From Thermoflexales bacterium (GTDB taxonomy: Bacteria; Chloroflexota; Anaerolineae; B4-G1), in contig SKQX01000218.1 in the NCBI GenBank assembly GCA_007118795.1, forward strand, positions 1 through 33,075: DNA of 33,075 bases. The letters run 5' to 3'. The position numbers and the translations under genes are program-made. The notes under the pieces are model-generated. The model saw only the letters and a list, made by a program, of their open reading frames with translations, was not told the DNA's origin and did not search any database. Shown piece after piece: positions 1 through 7,947 of the stretch (position 1 is the first letter of the stretch; each line of letters begins with the position of its first letter).

Positions 1-355
1 CGACGAAGGGATTGATATCGCCCGCTTCCAGATCGGGCCGCTCGTAGAGCACCCAGATCGCCTTGGCGGCGTCCATGGGTGAGCCACCGCCCAGCCCCAC
101 GATCCAATCGGGTTCGAACTCATGGGCCGTCGCGACACCAATCTGCACGAGCTCCACAGTGGGTTCCGACACCACCTCGTCAAACACCTGGACCTCCAAG
201 CCAGCCCGGGTCAGACGAGAGGTCACTCGATCGACCAGGCCCAGTTCAAGCAGCGCCGCATCAGTGATCACCAGACTGCGCTGACCGACCAACTCATCGA
301 GTGCCTGCAATGCGCCCTGACCGAACACGATGTCGGGTGCGACAAAGTACCACAT
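1..355 (-). CDS. Iron-containing alcohol dehydrogenase, N-terminal part (runs off the window edge; absent from the ORF track)
   Basis: Manual translation from ATG at 355: MWYFVAPDIVFGQGAL...FDEVVSEPT...DWIVGLGGGSPMDAAKAIWVLYE. GGGSxxDxAK is the Fe-ADH NAD(P)-binding motif. AAGGAGG RBS at 362-368. Confidence 0.92.
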   Translation of the reverse strand, partial: MWYFVAPDIVFGQGALQALDELVGQRSLVITDAALLELGLVDRVTSRLTRAGLEVQVFDEVVSEPTVELVQIGVATAHEFEPDWIVGLGGGSPMDAAKAIWVLYERPDLEAGDINPFV

Positions 356-542
356 GCCATGCCTCCTTGCACGAACGCCATCCACCTACGATCGCTTCGG
401 CCTGCCAATGGCCCTCGCGACGTGACGTAGATTGTTAGTCCTGTCGGGTCCGGCGGCATAGCGGCAGAGCAGGCTACGGAGTCTACACACCGACCGCAGC
501 GCAAGACAAGAGAGGAAGACCCGGGGAACAGCCACACAACGA

Positions 543-577
543 AAACGTGACGGAAGGCCTTGGGCCGCGTCACGTTT
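543..577 (-). terminator. Terminator-like hairpin downstream of the SCP2 gene
   Basis: Perfect 10-bp inverted repeat AAACGTGACG (543-552) / CGTCACGTTT (568-577). On the minus strand it ends in TTTTCGTTGT. Confidence 0.45.
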
Positions 578-660
578 CCCGTCTTGCGCTGTGCACCCGC
601 CTCCCCGCGTCATCACCTCAGGGCAAACGAGCAGCTTAAAGGCACACGCTCCTCACAGGC

Positions 661-1068
661 TTAGCTCCAATCGGTTGGCACCTCCGCACAGCAAGCAACG
701 ATCTCCTGAGCCGCCTTGGGGTACCGCATGACCTTCATCATATTCCCCGAAAGCCGGAGCCGTTTCGTCATCATCCCTTGGATCGCGTCCAACCGTCCCT
801 CAATAACCTCGCGCCAGGTTCCGTACGGAGCACGGATGACGAACTCCGTCTCCCGCTCGTCCTCGCTGCTCACCAAGCCCGCATCGGGACTCTTGCCGTG
901 GTGCAGACCAAGATAGAGATAGACGGTGTCGTCGAACTCATCGTCCGGCTCGACCACGAAGAGGAAATCTCCCTCCCAATCCTTGGCCGCCCGCTCATAG
1001 GAATCACTCTCGTTCAGCCGACGGCTCAGCTCCTTTATCCAGGCAGCGGATGTCAACTTCAACGCCAT
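661..1068 (-). CDS. SCP2 sterol/lipid-binding domain protein
   Basis: 135 aa with an SCP2-type C-terminus (TWREVIEGRLDAIQGMMTKRLRLSGNMMKVMR). GGAGG RBS upstream. Confidence 0.85.
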   Translation of the reverse strand: MALKLTSAAWIKELSRRLNESDSYERAAKDWEGDFLFVVEPDDEFDDTVYLYLGLHHGKSPDAGLVSSEDERETEFVIRAPYGTWREVIEGRLDAIQGMMTKRLRLSGNMMKVMRYPKAAQEIVACCAEVPTDWS

Positions 1069-1089
1069 TGAACCTCCCCTATTGCCGCG

Positions 1090-1308
1090 CTAGTCGTCCG
1101 ACTTCGCCAGACGATCCACCATCTTGAGTAAGCCCAGCACACTTAGTGTGAGCTTAATGAGGTCGCCCGGTTCGACAGAAGCCCGGGCCAGCTCAGCGTC
1201 CCCGCCCGATCTATGTTCAAGAGACCGCAGGTAGACTTGAGCGGCGACCAAACCGATGAGTCCACCAAGGACACCTCCAATGATCATCACGTGCGCTCGT
1301 TTGTCCAT
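1090..1308 (-). CDS. Small hypothetical membrane protein
   Basis: 72 aa, N-terminal hydrophobic Gly-rich helix (IIGGVLGGLIGLVAA), GGAGGT RBS, abuts the upstream ORF. Confidence 0.75.
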   Translation of the reverse strand: MDKRAHVMIIGGVLGGLIGLVAAQVYLRSLEHRSGGDAELARASVEPGDLIKLTLSVLGLLKMVDRLAKSDD

Positions 1309-1605
1309 CTATGCACCTCCTCGTCTCGAAAGGAATCGAATCCAAGCTCGCACCGTGGCGAGTGCCCTGTTGACGGCGAAGATCGGTTTGGTCACCCCCG
1401 CCATAGCTCGGTCAACGTACGATAGCCCCGAGTTCAGGTACTCGCGGCTCGTCCTAAGCCAGGCCGGCAGGTTCCGCCGCCTGCGCAGCCACCACACGCC
1501 GTAGACAACTCCAGCAGAGAGAGCCAGAGGGATCAGCGTGCACGAAAAGGCTTGGGCAGCCAGCAGGATCACTGACACGTCACGCAGTATGAGGAATACG
1601 TTCAT
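1309..1605 (-). CDS. Small hypothetical membrane protein
   Basis: 98 aa, long hydrophobic N-terminal segment followed by RRRR, GGAGGT RBS, promoter upstream. Confidence 0.72.
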   Translation of the reverse strand: MNVFLILRDVSVILLAAQAFSCTLIPLALSAGVVYGVWWLRRRRNLPAWLRTSREYLNSGLSYVDRAMAGVTKPIFAVNRALATVRAWIRFLSRRGGA

Positions 1606-1781
1606 GTTCGTCGGACCTCCATCGATCGGTCGTCACAGACGGACAACTCTTCCTGGATGTGTCCCGAGCTTTCGTCTCCGACGGGCCCCGTAACCCTCTG
1701 CATCGACTCAAGACTAAAAACAGAGGAGTAAGGATATCCCTGCCCAGCAAGTTGCCGATTCTGCCCCCTGACTCGCATTCA

Positions 1782-1810
1782 AGTATACCCCTGTGCCTAC
1801 TCAGCGTCAA
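1782..1810 (-). promoter_or_regulatory. Sigma70-type promoter overlapping the mfd stop codon
   Basis: TTGACG (1810-1805), 17-nt spacer, TATACT (1787-1782). Confidence 0.65.
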
Positions 1811-4800
1811 CCTTCCATTACTGCTGCCATCTTCTTAAGAACACCCACCAGCATCTCCCGCCACCCCGCCTCCTTGGGAAGCCAGACCCCCGCCCGACTG
1901 ATGCTGGCCCGTCCATCGAGGACTCGACGCAATTCTTCGCGGGCGAACTCGCCTTTCGCCGACCACAAGGCCAAGCGCCCATTGTCTGTTGTGACAACAC
2001 CGACACCAGCATCCCTGGCCAGGGCCTTCAGCCGAAGTTGGTACATGAGGTTCTGGGCTCGCACGGGGAGCGGCCCGAAGCGATCGACCAGCTCCTGCTC
2101 CATCTCCTCGATATCGGCCATCGAGTCCAGCTCGGCCAGCCGCCGATACATCTTCAGCCGCAGCCAGGTGTCGGCGACATAGTCCTCGGGCAACCGAATC
2201 GGAATGGGCAGATCGATCCGAATGCTTGTCAAGGGCTCGGGAGGCGGGGGTCTACCTTCGCGTTCTGCCTTCAGCTCTTCCACCGCGCGGCGGAGTAAGC
2301 GGGTATACAGATGGAATCCCACCGCCGAGATATGACCGGACTGGCGCGTTCCGAGGATATCCCCCGCGCCGCGGATCTCCAGATCCCGCATAGCGATGGT
2401 GTATCCATCACCCAGTCCACTGGCCTCCCGGATCGTCTCCAGCCGTCGGCGCCCCTCCGGAGTCAGATGGCTCTGGCGCGCGTGAAACAGGTAAGCGTAG
2501 GCCCGCTCGGCAGCCCGCCCCACCCGCCCCCGGAGTTGGTAGAGCTGCGCGAGACCTAGTCGCCCTGCCCTCTCCACAATCAGCGTGTTGGCCGCGGGGA
2601 TATCGAGCCCGCTTTCGATGATCGTCGTGCATATCAGCACGTCGACCTCACCATCCACAAAGCGTACCATCGTCTCCTCCAGGCCTCGACCACGCATCTG
2701 ACCGTGAGCCACGGCGAAGGTAGCCTCGGGCACCAGGTGCTCCAGTCGCTGCCTCGCCACCTCGATCGTCTGGACGCGGTTGTGCACATAGAAGACCTGT
2801 CCCCCTCGCTCGAGCTCCCGGAGGATGGCCCGCCGCACCAGGGCCGTGTCGTAGTTGCCCACGTACGTCGTGACCGGCAGCCGCTCCTCCGGCGGAGTCT
2901 GGATGACGCTGATGTCCCGCACGTCGGTTAGGGCCATATAGAGGGTGCGTGGAATAGGCGTGGCCGTCAGAGTCAGCACATCCAGCTGAGCACGCATCCT
3001 CTTGAACTTCTCCTTATGCGTGACCCCGAAGCGCTGCTCCTCATCGATAACCAGCAGCCCTAAATCGGCGAAAGCGACATCCTCCTGGAGCAGGCGGTGG
3101 GTACCGATGACGATGTCGATCTGCTCGGTCAGCAGGCCCTCAAGGATGCTCTGCTGCTCAGCGTCGGTCCGGAAGCGCGATAGCATCTCAATCTCAACAG
3201 GGAAAGGCCCCATGCGCTGCTGGAACGTCGCGTAGTGCTGCTGTGCCAACACAGTCGTCGGCACCAGCACACCCACCTGCTTCCCGTCCATGACTGCTTT
3301 GAAGGCAGCGCGGACCGCCACCTCCGTTTTGCCGTAACCCACGTCCCCGCAGATGAGCCGGTCCATGGGGCGATGACTCTCCATGTCGTCCTTGACTTCA
3401 GCAATCGCCTCCCGTTGTCCGGGGGTCTCGAAGTACGGAAAGGAGGCCTCAAGCTCCAACTGCCATGGCGTATCTGGGCGATACGAGTATCCTTCCGCGA
3501 GCTCTCTGGTGGCATACAGATCCAGCAACTCGCGGGCGACCGCCTCAGCTGCCTCCTTCACCCGATCCTTGACATCACGCCAGCCCACGCTCCCCAACCG
3601 GCTCAGGCTGGGCACTCGATCATCGGCGCCGACGTAGCGGCTGAGCCGATCGGTCTGGTAGATGGGCACAAACAGGCGGTCGTCACCACCGTATTCAACC
3701 AACAGGTACTCTTGCTCGCCCCCCTCGACACTCCGAGTCACCAACCCCTGAAATATACCAATGCCGTGTTCCACGTGGACCACGTAGTCGCCGGGTGACA
3801 TATCAGCGAACGTGGACTCGGGTGCGACCTTCCGGCGATGGACCGGGCGACGAGGCGCCGGTCTACGCCAGCCGAAGATCTCACCATCGGTCAGGAGCTG
3901 GATCGACACATCCGACGGTAAGCGGAGCATCCAGCCCTCGTCGAGGGCACCCTGAACGAAAGTCAGCATCGCGAGCGGCTCATCCCGAAGCACCTCAAGC
4001 GGCGCCACGTAGCCATGCTCGCGCCCCCATAGGTCCGCCAGCCGCCGTGCCTGCCGGCTCACGACCACCACGCGGTGGCCTTGAATCAGCGCCAGCTCTA
4101 TGTGATCCAGAAGCGGTTTCAGCTGCCCTCCGAATCGAGGGCCGGGGACGAAGGATTCGCCCAGCGTCGACGTAGCCTGCTGCCTGCCATGACCGAGGAC
4201 AAGCACCGGTCGATCAGTCGTCATCTCCCACCACTCGTCCCACGGAGCGAAGGGCAGGGGGTAGTGCCGCGGAAGCGCCCCGCTCTTCTCGACGGCCGCT
4301 TTCAGGTCAAGAGCCTCGGCTTCCAACTCAGCCCAACTATCCGCCAGCTGCCACTCGTCGTCCACCACCACCATCCCGGCGAGTGGCAGATGGTCGAGCA
4401 CAGTGGCGGAGTCAGTGTAGAGGTAGGGGAGGTAGAACTCCAGTCCGGGAAAGGGGACAGCGTCCATCAGGCCACGATAGTGCTCCTCGATCTCCTGCAG
4501 CAGATCCTCGGGCAGATCCTGCTCCAACAGGGCACGTACCGAATCGAGAGCACGCGAGCCGTGGCGGGGCAGTGCTTCCCGGGCTGGGATCACTCTCACC
4601 CTCGTGACCCGGTCCTCTGAGCGTTGTGTTGCCGGGTCGAAGCGGCGCAGGGAATCTACCTGGTTGCCCCACAGTTCGACGCGCACGGGCAGGTCATCGG
4701 CAGGCGAGAAGATATCAATGATACCTCCTCGATGGCTGAACTGGCCCGGGGCCTCCACCACGCTGACCGGCTCATAGCCAAGACCCGCCCAGCGTCTCAG

Positions 4801-5370
4801 CGTGCGCTCCAGGTCGAGCATCTGCCCCAAAGAAATCTCGTGGACAGAGAGACGGTACTGCTGGAGAGGAAGGGTGCGCTGCATGGCGGCCCGCGCGGAA
4901 GCTACGACGATGAGAGGCTTCCCACCGCGCCCTACTCCGTCGGACCGCTCCCCAGCACTCAGCTTCCCACCGGGGGAGGCGTCGACGGCCGACCCACTGC
5001 GACGGCGGGTTCGCCAATCGTGGAGCGCGGAGAGGACGCGCAGGCGCCCGATGATGATCTCGTCGGTCCACGGTGCTCGATCGTAGAAGAGCGTCAAAGG
5101 CTCGGGGAAACGCAGTACGTGGACGGATTCACCTGCCCAATCGTGCAGCGCATGGACCAGCTTCTGGGCCCGGTCGGTCGTGCCGGTCACGAGTAGCAGA
5201 GGCTCGGCCATATCTGGCGTCGCGTCTCGAGCCAACGCTGCCAGCACCGGAGCCCGAGCCGAGCGCATCAGCCCCAGGGGAGCCGGCACGTCCCCTTCGG
5301 TCACATCGTCCCTCAACCGCCGATACGCAGCATTTTCCTTAAGAGTTCCGATCAGCCCGGAGACATCCAT
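1807..5370 (-). CDS. mfd: Transcription-repair coupling factor Mfd
   Basis: 1187 aa: UvrB-homology region (RGGIIDIF), RID (GDYVVHVEHGIG), GDVGYGKT, DEEQRFG, TATPIPRT, QLRGRVGR, TRG motif DLEIRGAG, TRCF C-terminus (RLKMYRRLA). Confidence 0.98.
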   Translation of the reverse strand: MDVSGLIGTLKENAAYRRLRDDVTEGDVPAPLGLMRSARAPVLAALARDATPDMAEPLLLVTGTTDRAQKLVHALHDWAGESVHVLRFPEPLTLFYDRAPWTDEIIIGRLRVLSALHDWRTRRRSGSAVDASPGGKLSAGERSDGVGRGGKPLIVVASARAAMQRTLPLQQYRLSVHEISLGQMLDLERTLRRWAGLGYEPVSVVEAPGQFSHRGGIIDIFSPADDLPVRVELWGNQVDSLRRFDPATQRSEDRVTRVRVIPAREALPRHGSRALDSVRALLEQDLPEDLLQEIEEHYRGLMDAVPFPGLEFYLPYLYTDSATVLDHLPLAGMVVVDDEWQLADSWAELEAEALDLKAAVEKSGALPRHYPLPFAPWDEWWEMTTDRPVLVLGHGRQQATSTLGESFVPGPRFGGQLKPLLDHIELALIQGHRVVVVSRQARRLADLWGREHGYVAPLEVLRDEPLAMLTFVQGALDEGWMLRLPSDVSIQLLTDGEIFGWRRPAPRRPVHRRKVAPESTFADMSPGDYVVHVEHGIGIFQGLVTRSVEGGEQEYLLVEYGGDDRLFVPIYQTDRLSRYVGADDRVPSLSRLGSVGWRDVKDRVKEAAEAVARELLDLYATRELAEGYSYRPDTPWQLELEASFPYFETPGQREAIAEVKDDMESHRPMDRLICGDVGYGKTEVAVRAAFKAVMDGKQVGVLVPTTVLAQQHYATFQQRMGPFPVEIEMLSRFRTDAEQQSILEGLLTEQIDIVIGTHRLLQEDVAFADLGLLVIDEEQRFGVTHKEKFKRMRAQLDVLTLTATPIPRTLYMALTDVRDISVIQTPPEERLPVTTYVGNYDTALVRRAILRELERGGQVFYVHNRVQTIEVARQRLEHLVPEATFAVAHGQMRGRGLEETMVRFVDGEVDVLICTTIIESGLDIPAANTLIVERAGRLGLAQLYQLRGRVGRAAERAYAYLFHARQSHLTPEGRRRLETIREASGLGDGYTIAMRDLEIRGAGDILGTRQSGHISAVGFHLYTRLLRRAVEELKAEREGRPPPPEPLTSIRIDLPIPIRLPEDYVADTWLRLKMYRRLAELDSMADIEEMEQELVDRFGPLPVRAQNLMYQLRLKALARDAGVGVVTTDNGRLALWSAKGEFAREELRRVLDGRASISRAGVWLPKEAGWREMLVGVLKKMAAVMEG

Positions 5371-5371
5371 G

Positions 5372-5944
5372 TCACACGCTCCGGTTGTGGCGGCTCATGG
5401 CCTCGTCGATCCCCTCCCTCAACCAGGTTTCGATGGCAGCCAGCGCCCGCTCCAGCGCGTCCTGCAGCACCGGTTCCTCGTCCGGAGAAAAATCCTGGAG
5501 CACGTAGTCAGCGGGATCCATGCGCCCGGGCGGACGGCCGATGCCCACCCGGAGGCGGGGGAATCCTCGGCTCCCTAACTGGCGGATGACCGATCGCATG
5601 CCTCGATGCCCCCCAGCACCACCACAAGGCCGCAGGCGGATGGCCCCCAAAGGGAGATCAAGGTCATCATAGACCAGCAACGCCTGGGTCAAGGGTACCC
5701 GATAGAAGCTCACCAGGGATGCCACGGCGTACCCGCTCTTGTTCATAAACGTACGGGGTTTGACCAGGACGACGGACCGCTCGGCAACGGAGTCGGAGGC
5801 AATCCGCGAGTTCTTGTGGCGCCGACTGAAGGAAAGGCCGTGCGCGTCGGCAACCCGCTCGACGCACCGAAACCCGACATTGTGGCGGGTTCCAGCGTAC
5901 TTCGGGCCGGGATTCCCAAGACCCGCAATAAGCCAGCGACTCAC
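5372..5944 (-). CDS. pth: Peptidyl-tRNA hydrolase
   Basis: GLGNPG, TRHNVGF, KPRTFMNKSG, DDLDL, GGHRG, RLRVGIGRP, DYVL. The pth-mfd adjacency is a known conserved arrangement. Confidence 0.97.
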   Translation of the reverse strand: MSRWLIAGLGNPGPKYAGTRHNVGFRCVERVADAHGLSFSRRHKNSRIASDSVAERSVVLVKPRTFMNKSGYAVASLVSFYRVPLTQALLVYDDLDLPLGAIRLRPCGGAGGHRGMRSVIRQLGSRGFPRLRVGIGRPPGRMDPADYVLQDFSPDEEPVLQDALERALAAIETWLREGIDEAMSRHNRSV

Positions 5945-5984
5945 GACGGCCTCAGACCCACTCCCCCGTTGTGGAGCACGAGCC

Positions 5985-6746
5985 CTAACGCCGAGCCCCT
6001 GAGGAGGATGTGGAGCGCTGGCGGAGGATCCATCGGAGAACAGCCTTCGCCGTCACATAGAGGCCCCACAGCGCGAGCAGCACCACAGAGAACAGCCCGC
6101 CCACACAAAACCCGGTGCGGATCTGCCCCACGCTCAGAGCCAGTTCCGTGCCCTCATCGGGGGCAACCGTCGGTGTCTCAACCAGACTGGGAGACAGCGT
6201 CGCTGTCGGGTGGGGGGTCACCGTGGGCGGTTGCTCGACGGTCATCGGAGTCGGCGTCGGCCCAATGGTCGGAGTCGGCACTACCTCCGTGGGGTCCGGA
6301 TCGGGATCGGGCGTCGGAGTCGGCGTGACAGCGAGGTCGGTGTTGTCAACCACCAGGTTCGTTGCGAAGTCCAGATAAGGGCTATTCGGGTCGTTCACGC
6401 CCCAAACGGCCAGTGCCAGGGTATAGGGTCCGTCGGGTAGTTGCGTGGTATCCCACGTACCGAGCACGTCATTCTCCACCTGCCGACCCTCCACGATAGC
6501 GAAGTCTTGCCACTGAGAGTCAGCCGTGGGCCCCGCTCCTGGGGCGTAGCGCACCTGGTAGAAGTCCAAATCGGGATGGGTAGCGCTTCCCCGGACCTCC
6601 ACCACCCCGGTCACCGTGGCACCGTCACCTGGATAGGTGATTCTTGGCTGTTCCACTTGCAACCCCGGAGCTGCCCGACCGACCCGTCCGAAACCGAACA
6701 GGACTCCAAGCAAGATCAGCCATACACCCAGAATTCGCTTGACCAT
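5985..6746 (-). CDS. Exported membrane-anchored protein: signal peptide, Ig-like beta domain, Pro/Thr linker, C-terminal TM helix
   Basis: N-terminal signal (MVKRILGVWLILLGVLFG...GRA), ITYPGDGATVTGVVEVRGSA...WDTTQLPDGPYTLAL, PTPT linker, hydrophobic C-terminal helix followed by basic residues. Confidence 0.82.
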   Translation of the reverse strand: MVKRILGVWLILLGVLFGFGRVGRAAPGLQVEQPRITYPGDGATVTGVVEVRGSATHPDLDFYQVRYAPGAGPTADSQWQDFAIVEGRQVENDVLGTWDTTQLPDGPYTLALAVWGVNDPNSPYLDFATNLVVDNTDLAVTPTPTPDPDPDPTEVVPTPTIGPTPTPMTVEQPPTVTPHPTATLSPSLVETPTVAPDEGTELALSVGQIRTGFCVGGLFSVVLLALWGLYVTAKAVLRWILRQRSTSSSGARR

Positions 6747-7069
6747 AAATCTACCTCATCACGATTTGGGTCCGGTTGCGTTCTCACCCCATCGCCTCAA
6801 CAAGCACTGCCATCTCCCCCGCCCCGCAGGCGAGTACGACAGTCAGCGCCCCGGCAGACGGGCAACCAGTAAGTCTAGCACGAACGGGCCGGAATAGCAA
6901 GGTTAGGGGTAGTTGAGCCAACAGTATTGTTACCCGGTACTTGGACGCGTAATTGGGAAGGCCGGTCTGCATCCGGCAGATTTTGCGCAGAACACTCAAT
7001 CAGAGGAGCACCGGCTGTGCCATGAAGAGCGCTTGACGGATGGGTAGATTTGAACGACAATAGTGGGGG

Positions 7070-7860
7070 CTTGGCGAGAACGTAGCCACCACTGTTGAAC
7101 ACGATGGCACGCCATCGCGAGATGCTGAGTCGTCCCGCTGAGCACGGGCCCCCTGATGCTCCCCGGTGGGCAGGGGATCTCAGAGGGTATGAGACCCGAG
7201 GAGCCCGAGGTGCACACGCGGCTATGCTACGACCGGCACCGCCGGGTGCCGCTTATCAATCATCACCTGGATCCCCGGGTCACCCCGGCGGCTTTCTACC
7301 AGGCACGCGATAGGGAACTGGGCAACTTGGTCGACCAGGCTTATCGCGCTGAGACCAGGACAGGCGAGGACTGTATCGAGATGACCCTTAGCCATGATGG
7401 AGCGGCCTGGGGCCGTGAGACCTGTTTCGCCGTGCGGGTTGAGAGGATGATCAAGGTGAGAACCGGCTATCGCAAGTTCTCGATCCCTTATCGAGTGACC
7501 AATCTGGAAGATATGCCGGTGAACCTCCGTTTCAGGTCGAGCTTAACAGGAGCATCTTGACCGGTGATGGTCCGGAGGGATGTTTGCAGGTGGGTTCTGG
7601 CCCTCACCGCTGGGGTGGATCTGCTGGTCACGACCAGGCCTTGAGGATGACCGTGGGGTCCACTGGGCCAGCTCTTGCCGGCGAGGGCAGGCTCACGGTC
7701 GCCCGACCGGCAAGTCTGTGGCGCTTGCCCGTGGAGACGATCTGGGGCTCCGAGGCTGGATGCGCGCGGACCTACGCGGGCACCGGTACACTTCTCTAAT
7801 GGGACATGCTGCTGACACCCGAATGGGCCTGAAAGGCGGAGCTCACCCCTCCGGTTGAGA
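7070..7860 (+). pseudogene. Decayed remnant of the C-terminal (DUF1926-like) domain of a GH57 alpha-amylase/4-alpha-glucanotransferase
   Basis: Motif fragments across frames: LLNTMARHRE (~7092); LCYDRHRRVPLINHHL and RELGNLVDQAY (7156 frame); VELN after a shift near 7535; LWRLPVETIWGSEAGCARTYAGT (family pattern LWRFPVETVSxSEGGFERxYQG). In-frame stops at 7797 and 7830. Boundaries approximate. Confidence 0.72.
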
Positions 7861-7947
7861 GAGTTCGAACCGCAGCGATGGTGACAGGCTGCCTCCTAGT
7901 CACAACGCGACGACAATGTGTGTTTCGGTCTAGATAAGGAGTCCTCG

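Noticed and set aside
1640-1700. c-di-GMP-I riboswitch-like GAAA hairpin followed by GGGAC on the minus strand
   Set aside because: The GGCAAA and GCAAAG core elements are absent.
6200-6330. Short GTCGGAGTCGGC-type repeats
   Set aside because: They encode the Pro/Thr linker; not a CRISPR array or independent repeat.
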